Shown: one piece after another, positions 31,844-41,686 of the stretch
Numbering within the stretch: position 1 is the stretch's first letter
Layout of the letters: each line of letters begins with the position of its first letter
DNA from: Saprospiraceae bacterium
GTDB taxonomy: Bacteria > Bacteroidota > Bacteroidia > Chitinophagales > Saprospiraceae
Direction of reading: 5' to 3'
Assembly (NCBI GenBank): GCA_028277915.1
Contig: JANQFJ010000209.1
Span: 1 to 58,831, forward strand
Length of the DNA stretch: 58,831 nt
The notes under the pieces: generated by a model
Databases searched by the model: none
Told to the model about the DNA's origin: nothing
The model's input: the letters and a program-made list of their open reading frames with translations, nothing else
Made by a program: the position numbers and the translations under genes

Positions 31844-34800
31844 TTAATTGCGAATATCACTTGGTGCTTTTCCAAATTCTTCTTTAAAAGTACGGCTAAA
31901 GTAGGCTGGATCGGAAAAACCAGTGTCGTAAGCGATTTCCGAGACGTTCAATTGGGTAGTTTTTAATAAATTTAACGCTTTGTTGAGGCGATAAGAGCGG
32001 ATGAAAAGGGTAGGAGTTTTACCAGTCAGTGCCTTCAATTTTCGATAAAGCTGCATATTGCTCACATGCAATTTGCTGCAAATCATTGCAATGGATAATT
32101 CTGAATCATCGATGTGTTCTTCAATAGCATCGCGAACTTTTTGAAGGAAAATATCTTCCAGCGTGGGTTCTTTTGGTTTTACAGCAGGTTGTGTTACAGC
32201 TTCGATACCACTGTATTTTTCCTGCAGGGCTTTTCGTAGTTCAACGAGTTTTTCAAGCCGGACAAAGAGTTCTTTTTTGTCGAAAGGTTTCATCAGGTAA
32301 GCATCCGCTCCTGCTTTTAAACCGCTCACTTTGTCTTCCTGTTGAGCTTTTGCGGTCAGAAGAATGATAGGAATATGGCTGGTCAATTCATCAGTTTTCA
32401 GGGTATGGCAAACTTCATAGCCATCTTTTTTAGGCATCATCACATCGCTAATGATAATGTCGGGGATGATCCTGAGGGCTTTGTCAATACCTTCCTGTCC
32501 GTCTTTTGCGATGGTGACATGGTACTCAATTTTGAGCAGATTTTGGATGTAAGTTGCCACATCTTTGTTGTCTTCGACGAGCAATAACTGTGGCTTATCG
32601 GCGGGAGCAATGACTCCCTCAGCACCGCTTTCGGCTATGGATTCGCTAACGTTTGGCACATATACCTTGACAGCTGCTTCGTCGGATTCAAGCTCCCCAT
32701 CTAAGTGTGGGGTGTGCAATCCTTTTACAATTGGCAACAAAATAATAAAATGGGTTCCTTCTCCCAGCTGGCTTTTCACCTGGATAGTTCCTCCCATCAT
32801 TTTAACCAGTTCTTTGGTGAGGGCCAGTCCAATGCCAGTTCCTTCTCCTTTCCGGGTAGATGAGACGTCAGCCTGGTAGAAGCGATCAAAAATGTGTTTT
32901 TGGTCTTCAGGGGCCATTCCGATACCTGTGTCGCTGACTTTGATTTGCAGGTAAGCCTGCCCGTTTTGTTTGATTTGCCTCGTATTCAGCACAACCTGTC
33001 CATCAGCAGGAGTGAATTTCAGGGCATTAGAAAGCAGATTGTAAATAATGTGCTGGACTTTGACTTCATCGAAGTCCATGACCAGCTCATTTATTTCAGA
33101 ATAAAAAGTAAGTTTGATTTTCTTTTCCTCCGCCATGCTGTAAAAGGACTCAGTCAGGTATTTCAAATAGTTGATGATATCACCCTGGACGATGTCCATT
33201 TTCATAGAACCGGAGTCGAGTTTTGAAAGATCTAGCAATTGATTGATGAGTCGGAGCAGGTTTTTGCTATTTCGGCGGATGAGGTTACGTTCCTGTTGAT
33301 GCTCTTTGAGATTATCAGCCATACCCATAATCACGGTGAGCGGTGTTCGGAATTCATGGGTGATATTGGTGTATAGGCGTGTTTTGAGGGAATCGAGTTC
33401 TTGAAGACGATGTGCTTCAGCCTGAGCAAGTTTTCGTCTCAGTTCATAATTTCGAATACCGATAAGAATAGCCAAAATAGTTAAAACATAAAGCAGGTAG
33501 GCCCACCATGTTTTCCACCAGGGCGGACTGATGTTGATTTGAACGGAGGCAATGTTGTTACTCCAAATACCGGAGGCACTTTTTGCTTTCACCTCGAAAG
33601 TATAATCACCGGGATTCATGTTGGTGTAATGAATCTCATTACTGGTACGGTTGTTTTGCCAGTCCTGCTGGTAGGGGACCAAACGGAAAAAGTATTCGAT
33701 TTCTTTTGATTTGTAAAAATCCGGCATGACAAAACTGAATCCAAAATCTGCCTGATTATACTTTAGGGCTATATTTTTAGTGAATCTTAGCTGATTTTGG
33801 AATAGTGTATTTTCATCATTTACTCTGACAATTTTACGTTCCAGAAAAAAATCAAGCAAGTATATAGGAGTAGTAACGGTTCTTTTTAAAATGCTGTCAG
33901 GATGAAACTGGACTAATTTATCGCCAAAGATCATATAGATGTTTCCGTCAATGTCCTTTGCTGACCAGTGATACGCTGCATAGTCGTATGGCAATCCATC
34001 AATCGTGGTATAATTTATAAATTGTCCGGTTTCTACATCGAGCATTTGCAATCCTTTTTTTGTTCCAATCCACGGATTGCCATTGTCGTCTTCTATCAAA
34101 GTTTGAATGGCATTATGCAATAATCCGTTGCCCTCATAATAATTTTTGAAACTGTCAGTTATTGGGTCATAGATGCTCATCCCATTGGTAGTCCATATAT
34201 AAAACCGACCTTCCTTTCCTGCATACATCAGGTGGACAACATCGGAAGCAAGACTGGAAGGCTGATTTGGAATATGGTGGTAATGTTTTCCTTTTTTTGA
34301 GATAAAATCATAGTAAAACAAACCTGCATCGGAACCAACCCAAATGCTGTGATTATTGTTGGAATAAAAATCCTCTGATCTGCCAGCTTGATCAATGAAA
34401 TTGGGAAAAGCAGCTTTAAATTCCGGCATCATATCTATCCATTTTCCATTGGCTTCATCATAATATTGCAAGGCGTTCCAAATCCTGCCATTGAAATCAG
34501 CTTTTAATTTAGCGATGTACCCGGGAATGTCATTTATTTCACCGGAGTCAAAGTTAAAAGTTTTAGTTTTTTTGGTTTTCAAATCCATCGCCCATAATTC
34601 ATTATTCCCGGACAATTCTATGCTGTACGAAATCATTTCTAAAAATTCCTGGGGAAGCACCCAATTTCCTATAGCACCGGTAGTTGCATCAAAAACTCTT
34701 AGTCCTTCGTTCGTATTTAAAACAAATCTTCGTTCGCCAATCGGGAGGATGATATTGGCAGATATATTTCCTAGTATCTTAAAAGCATTATTTGGAGTGC

Positions 34801-35836
34801 TTGCCATGAATATCCCGCTTCCGGCTTCATTGAACCATAAATTCCCAGCTTTGTCTTGGATGCCGAAAGTTGCCTTGTGGACAGGGAGACTTGCAGGGTC
34901 GTCTTGATTAGAGGTCAGGATTTTTAGGGTTTCTGTTGAAGGATCAAATTTTCTCATTTCACCCTGAAACCCCATCCAGACATAGCCCTTATTGTCTTTT
35001 AAGAAGCTAAAAGGTACCTGGTCAGATCTTGAAAATTTTCTCATATCCCGGAATGTTTCATTTGCCGCATCAAATTCCCAAAATCCTTTCATGCCAGTGG
35101 TCAGCAGTAGTTTTTCTTCGGGTATTTCGCAGATATCTATTGTTCGGCTAAATTCATAACTATTAAACCCTTCTGGAAACGGGATATGTCTGAATTCAAG
35201 TTTTCCGGCTATTTTTTTATGAATTCCTTTAGAGTCTCCTATCCAAATAGTCCCGTTATTTTGTTGGAAAAAAACATTTGCATCCGAGATTTGGCTTTGG
35301 ATCGGTGAAAATTTACCTGTTTGTTGCGACCAAAAGCATACATTGCCAAAGCGGACACCCAACCACATGTTGCCGTCAAGGTCTTTATTTACAAAATTTA
35401 GAAGGTTGCTGCATAGGCTATTTGGATCTTTGGGGTCATGTTTAATATGTTCAAATTTTTCAGTTTCTGGATCAAAAATAGACAAACCATTCCCTCCGGA
35501 TATGACCCAAATTTTACCATCATCGGCCTCACAAATACTAGTACAAAGGTTATCGGCTAAGCTTTCTGGATTATTTGAATCAAATTGGAAAATTTTGAAA
35601 GTCCTTCCATCGAATCGATTCAAACCATTGAATGTAGTAAACCATAAAAAACCTTCTTTATCCTGAAGTATGCTTTCTTTATAATAAGTGCCCGCATCAG
35701 AGAGGCCGTCTTCCATACTATACCTTTGGAAACGAAGGTCTTGTGCTGGTAAACTAACAGTAGCCCATACCACTGCCAGTACCAAGCACAAGGCTTTTTT
35801 TAAAAATCCTGGTTTGTATGGGGTTGAGGAGGTCAT
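31844..35836 (-). CDS. Hybrid two-component system sensor kinase/response regulator (periplasmic beta-propeller/Y_Y_Y, HisKA, HATPase, REC, AraC HTH)
   Basis: The likely start is the ATG at 35834-35836. It has repeated propeller text (G.LWF.T..GL..FD), a TM segment (WWAYLLYVLTILAILIGI), HEFRTPLT, GTGIGLAL, a REC domain (DVMMPKKDG) and a C-terminal AraC HTH (YDTGFSDPAYFSRTFKEEFGKAPSD). Confidence 0.9.
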   Translation of the reverse strand: MTSSTPYKPGFLKKALCLVLAVVWATVSLPAQDLRFQRYSMEDGLSDAGTYYKESILQDKEGFLWFTTFNGLNRFDGRTFKIFQFDSNNPESLADNLCTSICEADDGKIWVISGGNGLSIFDPETEKFEHIKHDPKDPNSLCSNLLNFVNKDLDGNMWLGVRFGNVCFWSQQTGKFSPIQSQISDANVFFQQNNGTIWIGDSKGIHKKIAGKLEFRHIPFPEGFNSYEFSRTIDICEIPEEKLLLTTGMKGFWEFDAANETFRDMRKFSRSDQVPFSFLKDNKGYVWMGFQGEMRKFDPSTETLKILTSNQDDPASLPVHKATFGIQDKAGNLWFNEAGSGIFMASTPNNAFKILGNISANIILPIGERRFVLNTNEGLRVFDATTGAIGNWVLPQEFLEMISYSIELSGNNELWAMDLKTKKTKTFNFDSGEINDIPGYIAKLKADFNGRIWNALQYYDEANGKWIDMMPEFKAAFPNFIDQAGRSEDFYSNNNHSIWVGSDAGLFYYDFISKKGKHYHHIPNQPSSLASDVVHLMYAGKEGRFYIWTTNGMSIYDPITDSFKNYYEGNGLLHNAIQTLIEDDNGNPWIGTKKGLQMLDVETGQFINYTTIDGLPYDYAAYHWSAKDIDGNIYMIFGDKLVQFHPDSILKRTVTTPIYLLDFFLERKIVRVNDENTLFQNQLRFTKNIALKYNQADFGFSFVMPDFYKSKEIEYFFRLVPYQQDWQNNRTSNEIHYTNMNPGDYTFEVKAKSASGIWSNNIASVQINISPPWWKTWWAYLLYVLTILAILIGIRNYELRRKLAQAEAHRLQELDSLKTRLYTNITHEFRTPLTVIMGMADNLKEHQQERNLIRRNSKNLLRLINQLLDLSKLDSGSMKMDIVQGDIINYLKYLTESFYSMAEEKKIKLTFYSEINELVMDFDEVKVQHIIYNLLSNALKFTPADGQVVLNTRQIKQNGQAYLQIKVSDTGIGMAPEDQKHIFDRFYQADVSSTRKGEGTGIGLALTKELVKMMGGTIQVKSQLGEGTHFIILLPIVKGLHTPHLDGELESDEAAVKVYVPNVSESIAESGAEGVIAPADKPQLLLVEDNKDVATYIQNLLKIEYHVTIAKDGQEGIDKALRIIPDIIISDVMMPKKDGYEVCHTLKTDELTSHIPIILLTAKAQQEDKVSGLKAGADAYLMKPFDKKELFVRLEKLVELRKALQEKYSGIEAVTQPAVKPKEPTLEDIFLQKVRDAIEEHIDDSELSIAMICSKLHVSNMQLYRKLKALTGKTPTLFIRSYRLNKALNLLKTTQLNVSEIAYDTGFSDPAYFSRTFKEEFGKAPSDIRN

Positions 35837-35879
35837 TAAAGCATGTTTGCTGCAATGATTTAATCCAACGAATTGAATA

Positions 35880-37538
35880 TTATAAACCCAATGCTTCCAC
35901 TCCCTGTTCAAACACTACATCTACCGGAATATTGGCTTTGGTCAGGCGATCTAAATCGCTTTGCAACTGGCCTTTGATGGTCCCTTTTTCAGCTACCAGA
36001 GTCGCTACGCCATCATAATCACCATCTCCTTGTAGTTTCAAAATCAGTTCGGAAAGTTCATCAGTAGCTTTTTGAAAGTTTTCAAAATTGACACTGTATT
36101 TTCCGGTTGTTTCATCTCTTTCAAAAGCTCCTTTTTCTTTGAAAAAATTGAAACGAATCATATTGGCTTTTCCATGAGCACTGGAAGCGCCGAAACGAAC
36201 AGAGCGGAAAATGCCCGCCATGAAAGTAATATAATAGTCTTTGATGTCGCCGGAAATCTCACCTTTTTTGTGCAATTGATTGATCATATAAAGGCCGAGT
36301 ATATCTGCCTTTCCTTCTTCCAAAGCTGAAGAGTGTTCTTTCAAGGCCTGACGAACCGTTCCCTTTCCGTCAATAGTATTTTTAATGCCAAGACCATGTG
36401 CGACTTCGTGAAACATCGTATTGCTAAAAAAAGCATCGAAAGTGATATGATCGCGTTGATCATCAGCGATTAGGACATCAGCGATGGGTAATAAAATTTT
36501 ATCAAATTTTGCACGCATCGCGTTTTTGAGCTGCAAGCGACGAGTTCCTTTTTTCAATTGAACTTCTTCGTCATTTGGCAAATTAATAGCGATGGTTTTA
36601 CTTCCGGAATTGCAGTCACCCGCGTAATAAATTACGTCATAAGCATTAAGTTCAGTGTCATTGCCAGGTTTTTCTTTTTTGTATTCTTCAGGAACGGGTA
36701 TTCCGGCTTGTAATTCCGGCAGGAAAGCGGCATATTTTGCCAGTCGCTTGCTCCATTCCATATCTTTGACGAGTACATAGGCTTCATGAGCTGTTTTGTA
36801 ACTGTACAGTTGATCTTCATAGTTTTCGATTGGTCCGATTACACAATCAATGGTATTGGTTTTCATATCGAGCCAGGCCAAATCACTGGGTTGGTAATTG
36901 TCATCGAGTAAAGCTTTTGCACGAAGCTGAAGATAATTTTTTAAACCATCATTTTCGGCTAAATCGGCAGCCTGAAGAAGCAATTCAGAAGCTTTTTTTA
37001 CCGGTTCTTCAAATTGTACGTGATACGGGACAGTGATTAATTTTCCATTTTCATCACGACGAATGAAGTTGTAGAGATCAGTTTTGCCATCCAGTTCTGC
37101 AGCTTCAAATTCTTCCTTGGTCATGTCAGCGGGGTAAAAGTTAGCGCCTGCTGGCTTTTCGGCAATACCTTCCATGAAAGGTCGGTTTCCGTCAAGCCGG
37201 TCCCATGGGCCGTAATTTATGTTGATAAACTTTTTTAAATCTGTGTCACTAGCTTTCGCTAAAATTTCATTTTTATCACCATAGGCTTCATACCAAAACA
37301 AGTCATCCATGATTTTACTTGCTTCAATAAGAATTGGAATCATCTTTTTCTGGTTGTCGGTCAAAACAGAAAGATCAGTTTCCAATTTGATCGAAACGTA
37401 CTTTTGGAGCTTTTGACTAACAGGAATAGTGTCAGTTTGAACGCCCGGTTCTTCATTTTCTGTTGTAATCGTGCCTTCATCACAACCAATGATAGAAAAA
37501 GTGAATAATACACAAAGGACGAGGTATCTCGGATTCAT
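35880..37538 (-). CDS. Zn-metallopeptidase lipoprotein, dipeptidyl-peptidase-3 (M49)-like family
   Basis: The ATG at 37536-37538 gives MNPRYLVLCVLFTFSIIGC. Motifs are FHEVAHGLG and LEEGKADILG, comparable to the M49 pair HELLGH / EECRAE. Confidence 0.65.
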   Translation of the reverse strand: MNPRYLVLCVLFTFSIIGCDEGTITTENEEPGVQTDTIPVSQKLQKYVSIKLETDLSVLTDNQKKMIPILIEASKIMDDLFWYEAYGDKNEILAKASDTDLKKFININYGPWDRLDGNRPFMEGIAEKPAGANFYPADMTKEEFEAAELDGKTDLYNFIRRDENGKLITVPYHVQFEEPVKKASELLLQAADLAENDGLKNYLQLRAKALLDDNYQPSDLAWLDMKTNTIDCVIGPIENYEDQLYSYKTAHEAYVLVKDMEWSKRLAKYAAFLPELQAGIPVPEEYKKEKPGNDTELNAYDVIYYAGDCNSGSKTIAINLPNDEEVQLKKGTRRLQLKNAMRAKFDKILLPIADVLIADDQRDHITFDAFFSNTMFHEVAHGLGIKNTIDGKGTVRQALKEHSSALEEGKADILGLYMINQLHKKGEISGDIKDYYITFMAGIFRSVRFGASSAHGKANMIRFNFFKEKGAFERDETTGKYSVNFENFQKATDELSELILKLQGDGDYDGVATLVAEKGTIKGQLQSDLDRLTKANIPVDVVFEQGVEALGL

Positions 37539-37599
37539 AATAGAAGTTTTGAATTTTTTAAAACAAACGATGAATCCCAAAGATAATAAATTGAACTTT

Positions 37600-40446
37600 C
37601 TATAGCTTTTCTTTTAGAAATTGGCTGGTGTAAGATTTTTTTACCTTTGCTAAATCTTCCGGGGTGCCCTGAAAGAGCAATTTACCTCCATCTTTTCCTC
37701 CTCCAGGACCTAAATCGATTACCCAATCTGCAGATTTGATGATTTCCATATTGTGCTCGATGACAACTACGGTATGTCCCTTTTCAACCAGGGCATTCAA
37801 AGCATCCAGCAATTTCTGTATATCGTGAAAATGCAATCCCGTTGTAGGTTCATCAAAAATGAACATAATCTTTTCAGTATAACGCTCTTTGCTTAAAAAA
37901 GAAGCTAATTTGACACGTTGGGCTTCTCCTCCTGACAAAGTGCTTGAAGATTGCCCCAACTTGATATAACCCAAGCCCACATCATAAAGCGGCTTTATTT
38001 TGTTGACAACATCTTTTGCATCAACAAAAAATTCCAAAGTTTCTTCGATGCTTAGGTCTAGTATTTCGAAAATATTTTTTCCTTGATACCTGACATCCAG
38101 AATTTCTTGTTTGAAACGCTGCCCTTTGCAATCTTCACATTCGAGGCGAACATCGGCGAGAAATTGCATTTCGATGACTTGTTCTCCTTCGCCTTTACAC
38201 AAATCGCAACGGCCACCATCGACATTGAAAGAAAAATGTTTTGGTTTAAAGCCTCTAATTCGTGAAAGTTGCTGGTTGGCCATTAGATTTCGGATGGTAT
38301 CGTAAGCCTTGACATAAGTTACAGGGTTAGAACGACTGGATTTTCCAATAGGATTTTGACTGACCATTTCAACTTGTGTGATTGAATTCAAATCTCCTTC
38401 CAATGCTTTGTGCTGGCCTGCAATAACGCGATAAGGTTCTCCCAGGTTTTTTTTCAAAGCCGGATAAAGAATTTGTTTGATCAAAGTCGTTTTACCACTT
38501 CCAGATACACCACTCACCGCTACAAAAGTATTTAAAGGAATGGTTACGTTGATATTTTGCAAATTGTGTTGTGCAGCACCTTTTATCGAAATTTGGCTTA
38601 TAAATTTACGGCGAGACGAAGGAACCGATATTTCCATTCGACCGCTCATGTACTTGGCAGTAAGACTATCGTTGGCTCGATCATAAATTTCTTCATAAGG
38701 ACCGGCGAAAACGACTTCGCCTCCGTTAATTCCGGCTTGCGGGCCAATGTCGATCAGGTAATCAGCATTTTTAATAATATCTTCCTCATGTTCGACAACT
38801 AAAACGGTATTTCCCAGATCACGAAGTGATTTTAAAACTTTCACCAAACGCCCCGTGTCTTTTGGATGCAAGCCAATACTTGGTTCATCCAGAATATAAA
38901 GAGAGCTGGTCAAATTGCTGCCCAAAGTTCTGGTTAAATTGATCCTTTGTGTCTCACCACCGCTCAAGGTCGAAGAAAGCCTTCCTATCGTCAGATAACT
39001 CAAACCAACTTCAATCATAAATTTGAGTCGATTGGTCACTTCCAAAATGATCCTTTTTGCAAGGGATAAATCATAGGGATTCAATTTCAGGTTTTCAAAA
39101 AATGGTAAAAGTTCATCAATCGGAATGTCAACTAATTCTGTAATGGCTTTGTCGCCGATTTTGACATAAGTTGCCTCAGTTCGCAATCGTGCTCCATCAC
39201 ATAAATGACAAGTTGTTTTGCCGCGATAACGGGCAAGCATCACACGATTTTGAATTTTGTAAGTTTTTTCTTCAAGTTCCGCAAAGTAATCGTTTATGCC
39301 ATCAAAATATTGATTTCCAGACCATAACAACTTTTGCTGACCTCTTGATAACTCCTGGTATGGACGATGGATCGGAAAATCAAAATGATGTGCGTTATCA
39401 ACCAAACGGTTCAACCACCTACTTCCTTTTTCACCTCTCCAGCATGCAACAGCTTTCTGATAAACGGAAAGGGATTTGTCGGGGATAACTTTATTTTCAT
39501 CAATCCCCATGACTTTTCCATACCCTTCGCATTTTGGACAGGCGCCATAAGGATTGTTATAATTGAAAAGGTGAGGAGTGGGTTCTAAAAATTCCATGTC
39601 ATCCAATTCGAAACGATTGTTAAAAGCCTTGGATTCTTTGTCAATTACATCGACAACACATTCTCCTTCACTTTCATAAAAAGCAGTTTGGACGGAATCT
39701 GCGATTCTTTTTTTGTTGTCTTCATCCTCTTTTTTGACAGAAAAGCGGTCGATGAGGAGTTGAATTTGGTCTTCCTGAAATTCTGAAACCGTTTTTTTAA
39801 GATCAACCATTTGTTCCTCTAAAACATCCTGAACCCCTTTCAATTTTCCTTCAATCAGGACACGAGTATAGCCTTTTTGTAAAAGGAGATTGAGTTCCTG
39901 CTCAATTGTACGGTCTTTGTATTTATGCTGTAATGGTATAAAAAGCTGAATTTTTGTGCCTTCATCAAAGTTGTGGATATATTTTACCACATCTGTGACT
40001 TCATGTTTTTTTACAATTTTTCCTGAAATGGGAGAGTAGGTTTTCCCTACACGGGCGTAAAGTAAACGCAGATAATCATAGATCTCAGTCAGAGAGCCCA
40101 CAGTGGATCGGGCATTTCTTGTGCTTACTTTTTGTTCGATAGCAATTGCAGGGCAAATACCTTTGATATAATCCACTTCCGGCTTTTTCATGCGCATCAA
40201 AAACTGGCGGGCGTATGAGCTGAGGCTCTCCACATATCGGCGCTGACCTTCAGCATACAAAGTATCCATAGTAAGAGAAGATTTTCCCGATCCGGAAACT
40301 CCAGTTACCACAACAAGCTGGTTTTTAGGAATTTCGATATCAATATTTTTGAGGTTATTCCCTCTTGCACCTTTTATGTAAATAGAATTGGAAAATTTCT
40401 CCAATCTGGGTCGTTCAAGGACTGCATTTTCTTTCTTTTGTGCCAT
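37600..40446 (-). CDS. uvrA: Excinuclease ABC subunit A
   Basis: About 948 aa from the ATG at 40444-40446. Two ABC modules are present (GVSGSGKSS and GVSGSGKTT), with signature LSGGE in both and zinc-finger CxxC pairs. Confidence 0.95.
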   Translation of the reverse strand: MAQKKENAVLERPRLEKFSNSIYIKGARGNNLKNIDIEIPKNQLVVVTGVSGSGKSSLTMDTLYAEGQRRYVESLSSYARQFLMRMKKPEVDYIKGICPAIAIEQKVSTRNARSTVGSLTEIYDYLRLLYARVGKTYSPISGKIVKKHEVTDVVKYIHNFDEGTKIQLFIPLQHKYKDRTIEQELNLLLQKGYTRVLIEGKLKGVQDVLEEQMVDLKKTVSEFQEDQIQLLIDRFSVKKEDEDNKKRIADSVQTAFYESEGECVVDVIDKESKAFNNRFELDDMEFLEPTPHLFNYNNPYGACPKCEGYGKVMGIDENKVIPDKSLSVYQKAVACWRGEKGSRWLNRLVDNAHHFDFPIHRPYQELSRGQQKLLWSGNQYFDGINDYFAELEEKTYKIQNRVMLARYRGKTTCHLCDGARLRTEATYVKIGDKAITELVDIPIDELLPFFENLKLNPYDLSLAKRIILEVTNRLKFMIEVGLSYLTIGRLSSTLSGGETQRINLTRTLGSNLTSSLYILDEPSIGLHPKDTGRLVKVLKSLRDLGNTVLVVEHEEDIIKNADYLIDIGPQAGINGGEVVFAGPYEEIYDRANDSLTAKYMSGRMEISVPSSRRKFISQISIKGAAQHNLQNINVTIPLNTFVAVSGVSGSGKTTLIKQILYPALKKNLGEPYRVIAGQHKALEGDLNSITQVEMVSQNPIGKSSRSNPVTYVKAYDTIRNLMANQQLSRIRGFKPKHFSFNVDGGRCDLCKGEGEQVIEMQFLADVRLECEDCKGQRFKQEILDVRYQGKNIFEILDLSIEETLEFFVDAKDVVNKIKPLYDVGLGYIKLGQSSSTLSGGEAQRVKLASFLSKERYTEKIMFIFDEPTTGLHFHDIQKLLDALNALVEKGHTVVVIEHNMEIIKSADWVIDLGPGGGKDGGKLLFQGTPEDLAKVKKSYTSQFLKEKL

Positions 40447-41018
40447 GAAAGTTAATGTATTTTCATTCTGAAGCAATTGCCAAAAATAGCCTTTTTCGAG
40501 TAATTTACAAAGCAGGGATTAAGTATAAAATACCTTAAAAAGTCTCATGTTTAATAGTTTGAAATTTTAAGGACCATTTACTCTTTTTTCAGATGAAAAA
40601 TCCAAAATTTGACAAAAAGCACTAAAAAATAAATTTTTATTTATATGACTTTATAAATACGTAAGAGGTTTGAGGAAGAAGTAATAATTGTTTAAAAGCC
40701 CTTTAATATCAAGGTTTTCAAGATATGTGGAGGTTTTGTAATTTGTTAAATATTGCAAATTTTTGATTGCAAATCGTTGATTTTTAAATAAAAGATTTGA
40801 ATCTTTGGGAATCGCGAAAGTTAATTTGTTAAGTTAATATTTCGTTAAGATAAGTTAAAATGATACTAAACACTTGGTTGTTTCTAAAATTTGGACTTAT
40901 CTTTGGAAAGAGTATTTCATACTTTCATTACATTTTCTAATCTAAAAATTGTTTGTCTATAAGTAGTAACTTCTACACTAAAGTATTTTTTCTCGATTAA
41001 GTAAAAAATAGGATAGTT

Positions 41019-41600
41019 ATGCAAGTTACGCAAATTAGCGACCAACAATTGATTGCTCTTTACCTAGACGGTGACGAGCGCTCCTTCGAAGAACTTCTCA
41101 ACCGCCACAAGCAAAAGATTTACACGTCCATTTACTTATTTGTAAAGGATCAGGCGCTTGCCGAAGACATTTTCCAGGAAGTTTTTATTAAGATTATTGA
41201 TACGCTGAGAAAGGGCAAATACAACCACGAAGGCAAATTCGTGCAGTGGGCGATGCGAATCTCTTACAACATGTGTGTGGATTACTTCCGGCGGACAAAA
41301 CGGAGACCAAAAGTAGCTCCAACTGAGACTTTCGATATTTTTGATGTACTTCAAGTTTCTGATGACAATGCAGAACAACGAATTATCAAAAGCCAGACTC
41401 ACGACAAGATTCGTCACCTCGTTGACCAATTGCCTCCCGAGCAGCGAGAAGTAGTGATTTTGCGTCATTACGCTGATATGAGCTTCAAAGAAATCGCAAA
41501 ATTGACCAGAGTTAGCATTAACACTGCTCTTGGGCGTATGCGATATGCTTTGATCAATATCCGCAAAATGATTGAAGAGAGAGAAGTCATTCTTCAGTAG
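41019..41600 (+). CDS. ECF-type RNA polymerase sigma-70 family factor
   Basis: 193 aa. Region 2 is DIFQEVFIKI...WAMRISYNMCVDYFRR and region 4 is EVVILRHYADMSFKEIAKLTRVSINTALGRMRYA. No anti-sigma gene is adjacent. Confidence 0.85.
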   Translation: MQVTQISDQQLIALYLDGDERSFEELLNRHKQKIYTSIYLFVKDQALAEDIFQEVFIKIIDTLRKGKYNHEGKFVQWAMRISYNMCVDYFRRTKRRPKVAPTETFDIFDVLQVSDDNAEQRIIKSQTHDKIRHLVDQLPPEQREVVILRHYADMSFKEIAKLTRVSINTALGRMRYALINIRKMIEEREVILQ

Positions 41601-41657
41601 TATTAAAAAAGCAAAACGGAGGCGTAACTTAATTGCGCTATCTTCAAATAACAGTAA

Positions 41658-41686
41658 AGCGGGATGATTCCCGAATTCGTCCCGCT
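41658..41686. terminator. Hairpin between the convergent sigma-factor and hemB genes
   Basis: AGCGGGA (41658-41664) pairs with TCCCGCT (41680-41686). It overlaps the hemB stop codon. Confidence 0.35.

Noticed and set aside
35837-35911. Apparent 32-nt overlap between the hybrid sensor kinase ORF and the upstream peptidase gene
   Set aside because: This is an artefact of the longest-ORF call. The internal ATG at 35834-35836 precedes the hydrophobic signal or anchor (LCLVLAVVWATVSLPAQD) and removes the overlap. The same reasoning was applied to the 5' extensions of nirS (22209-22256), uvrA, the ankyrin gene, the OM barrel and the peptidase.
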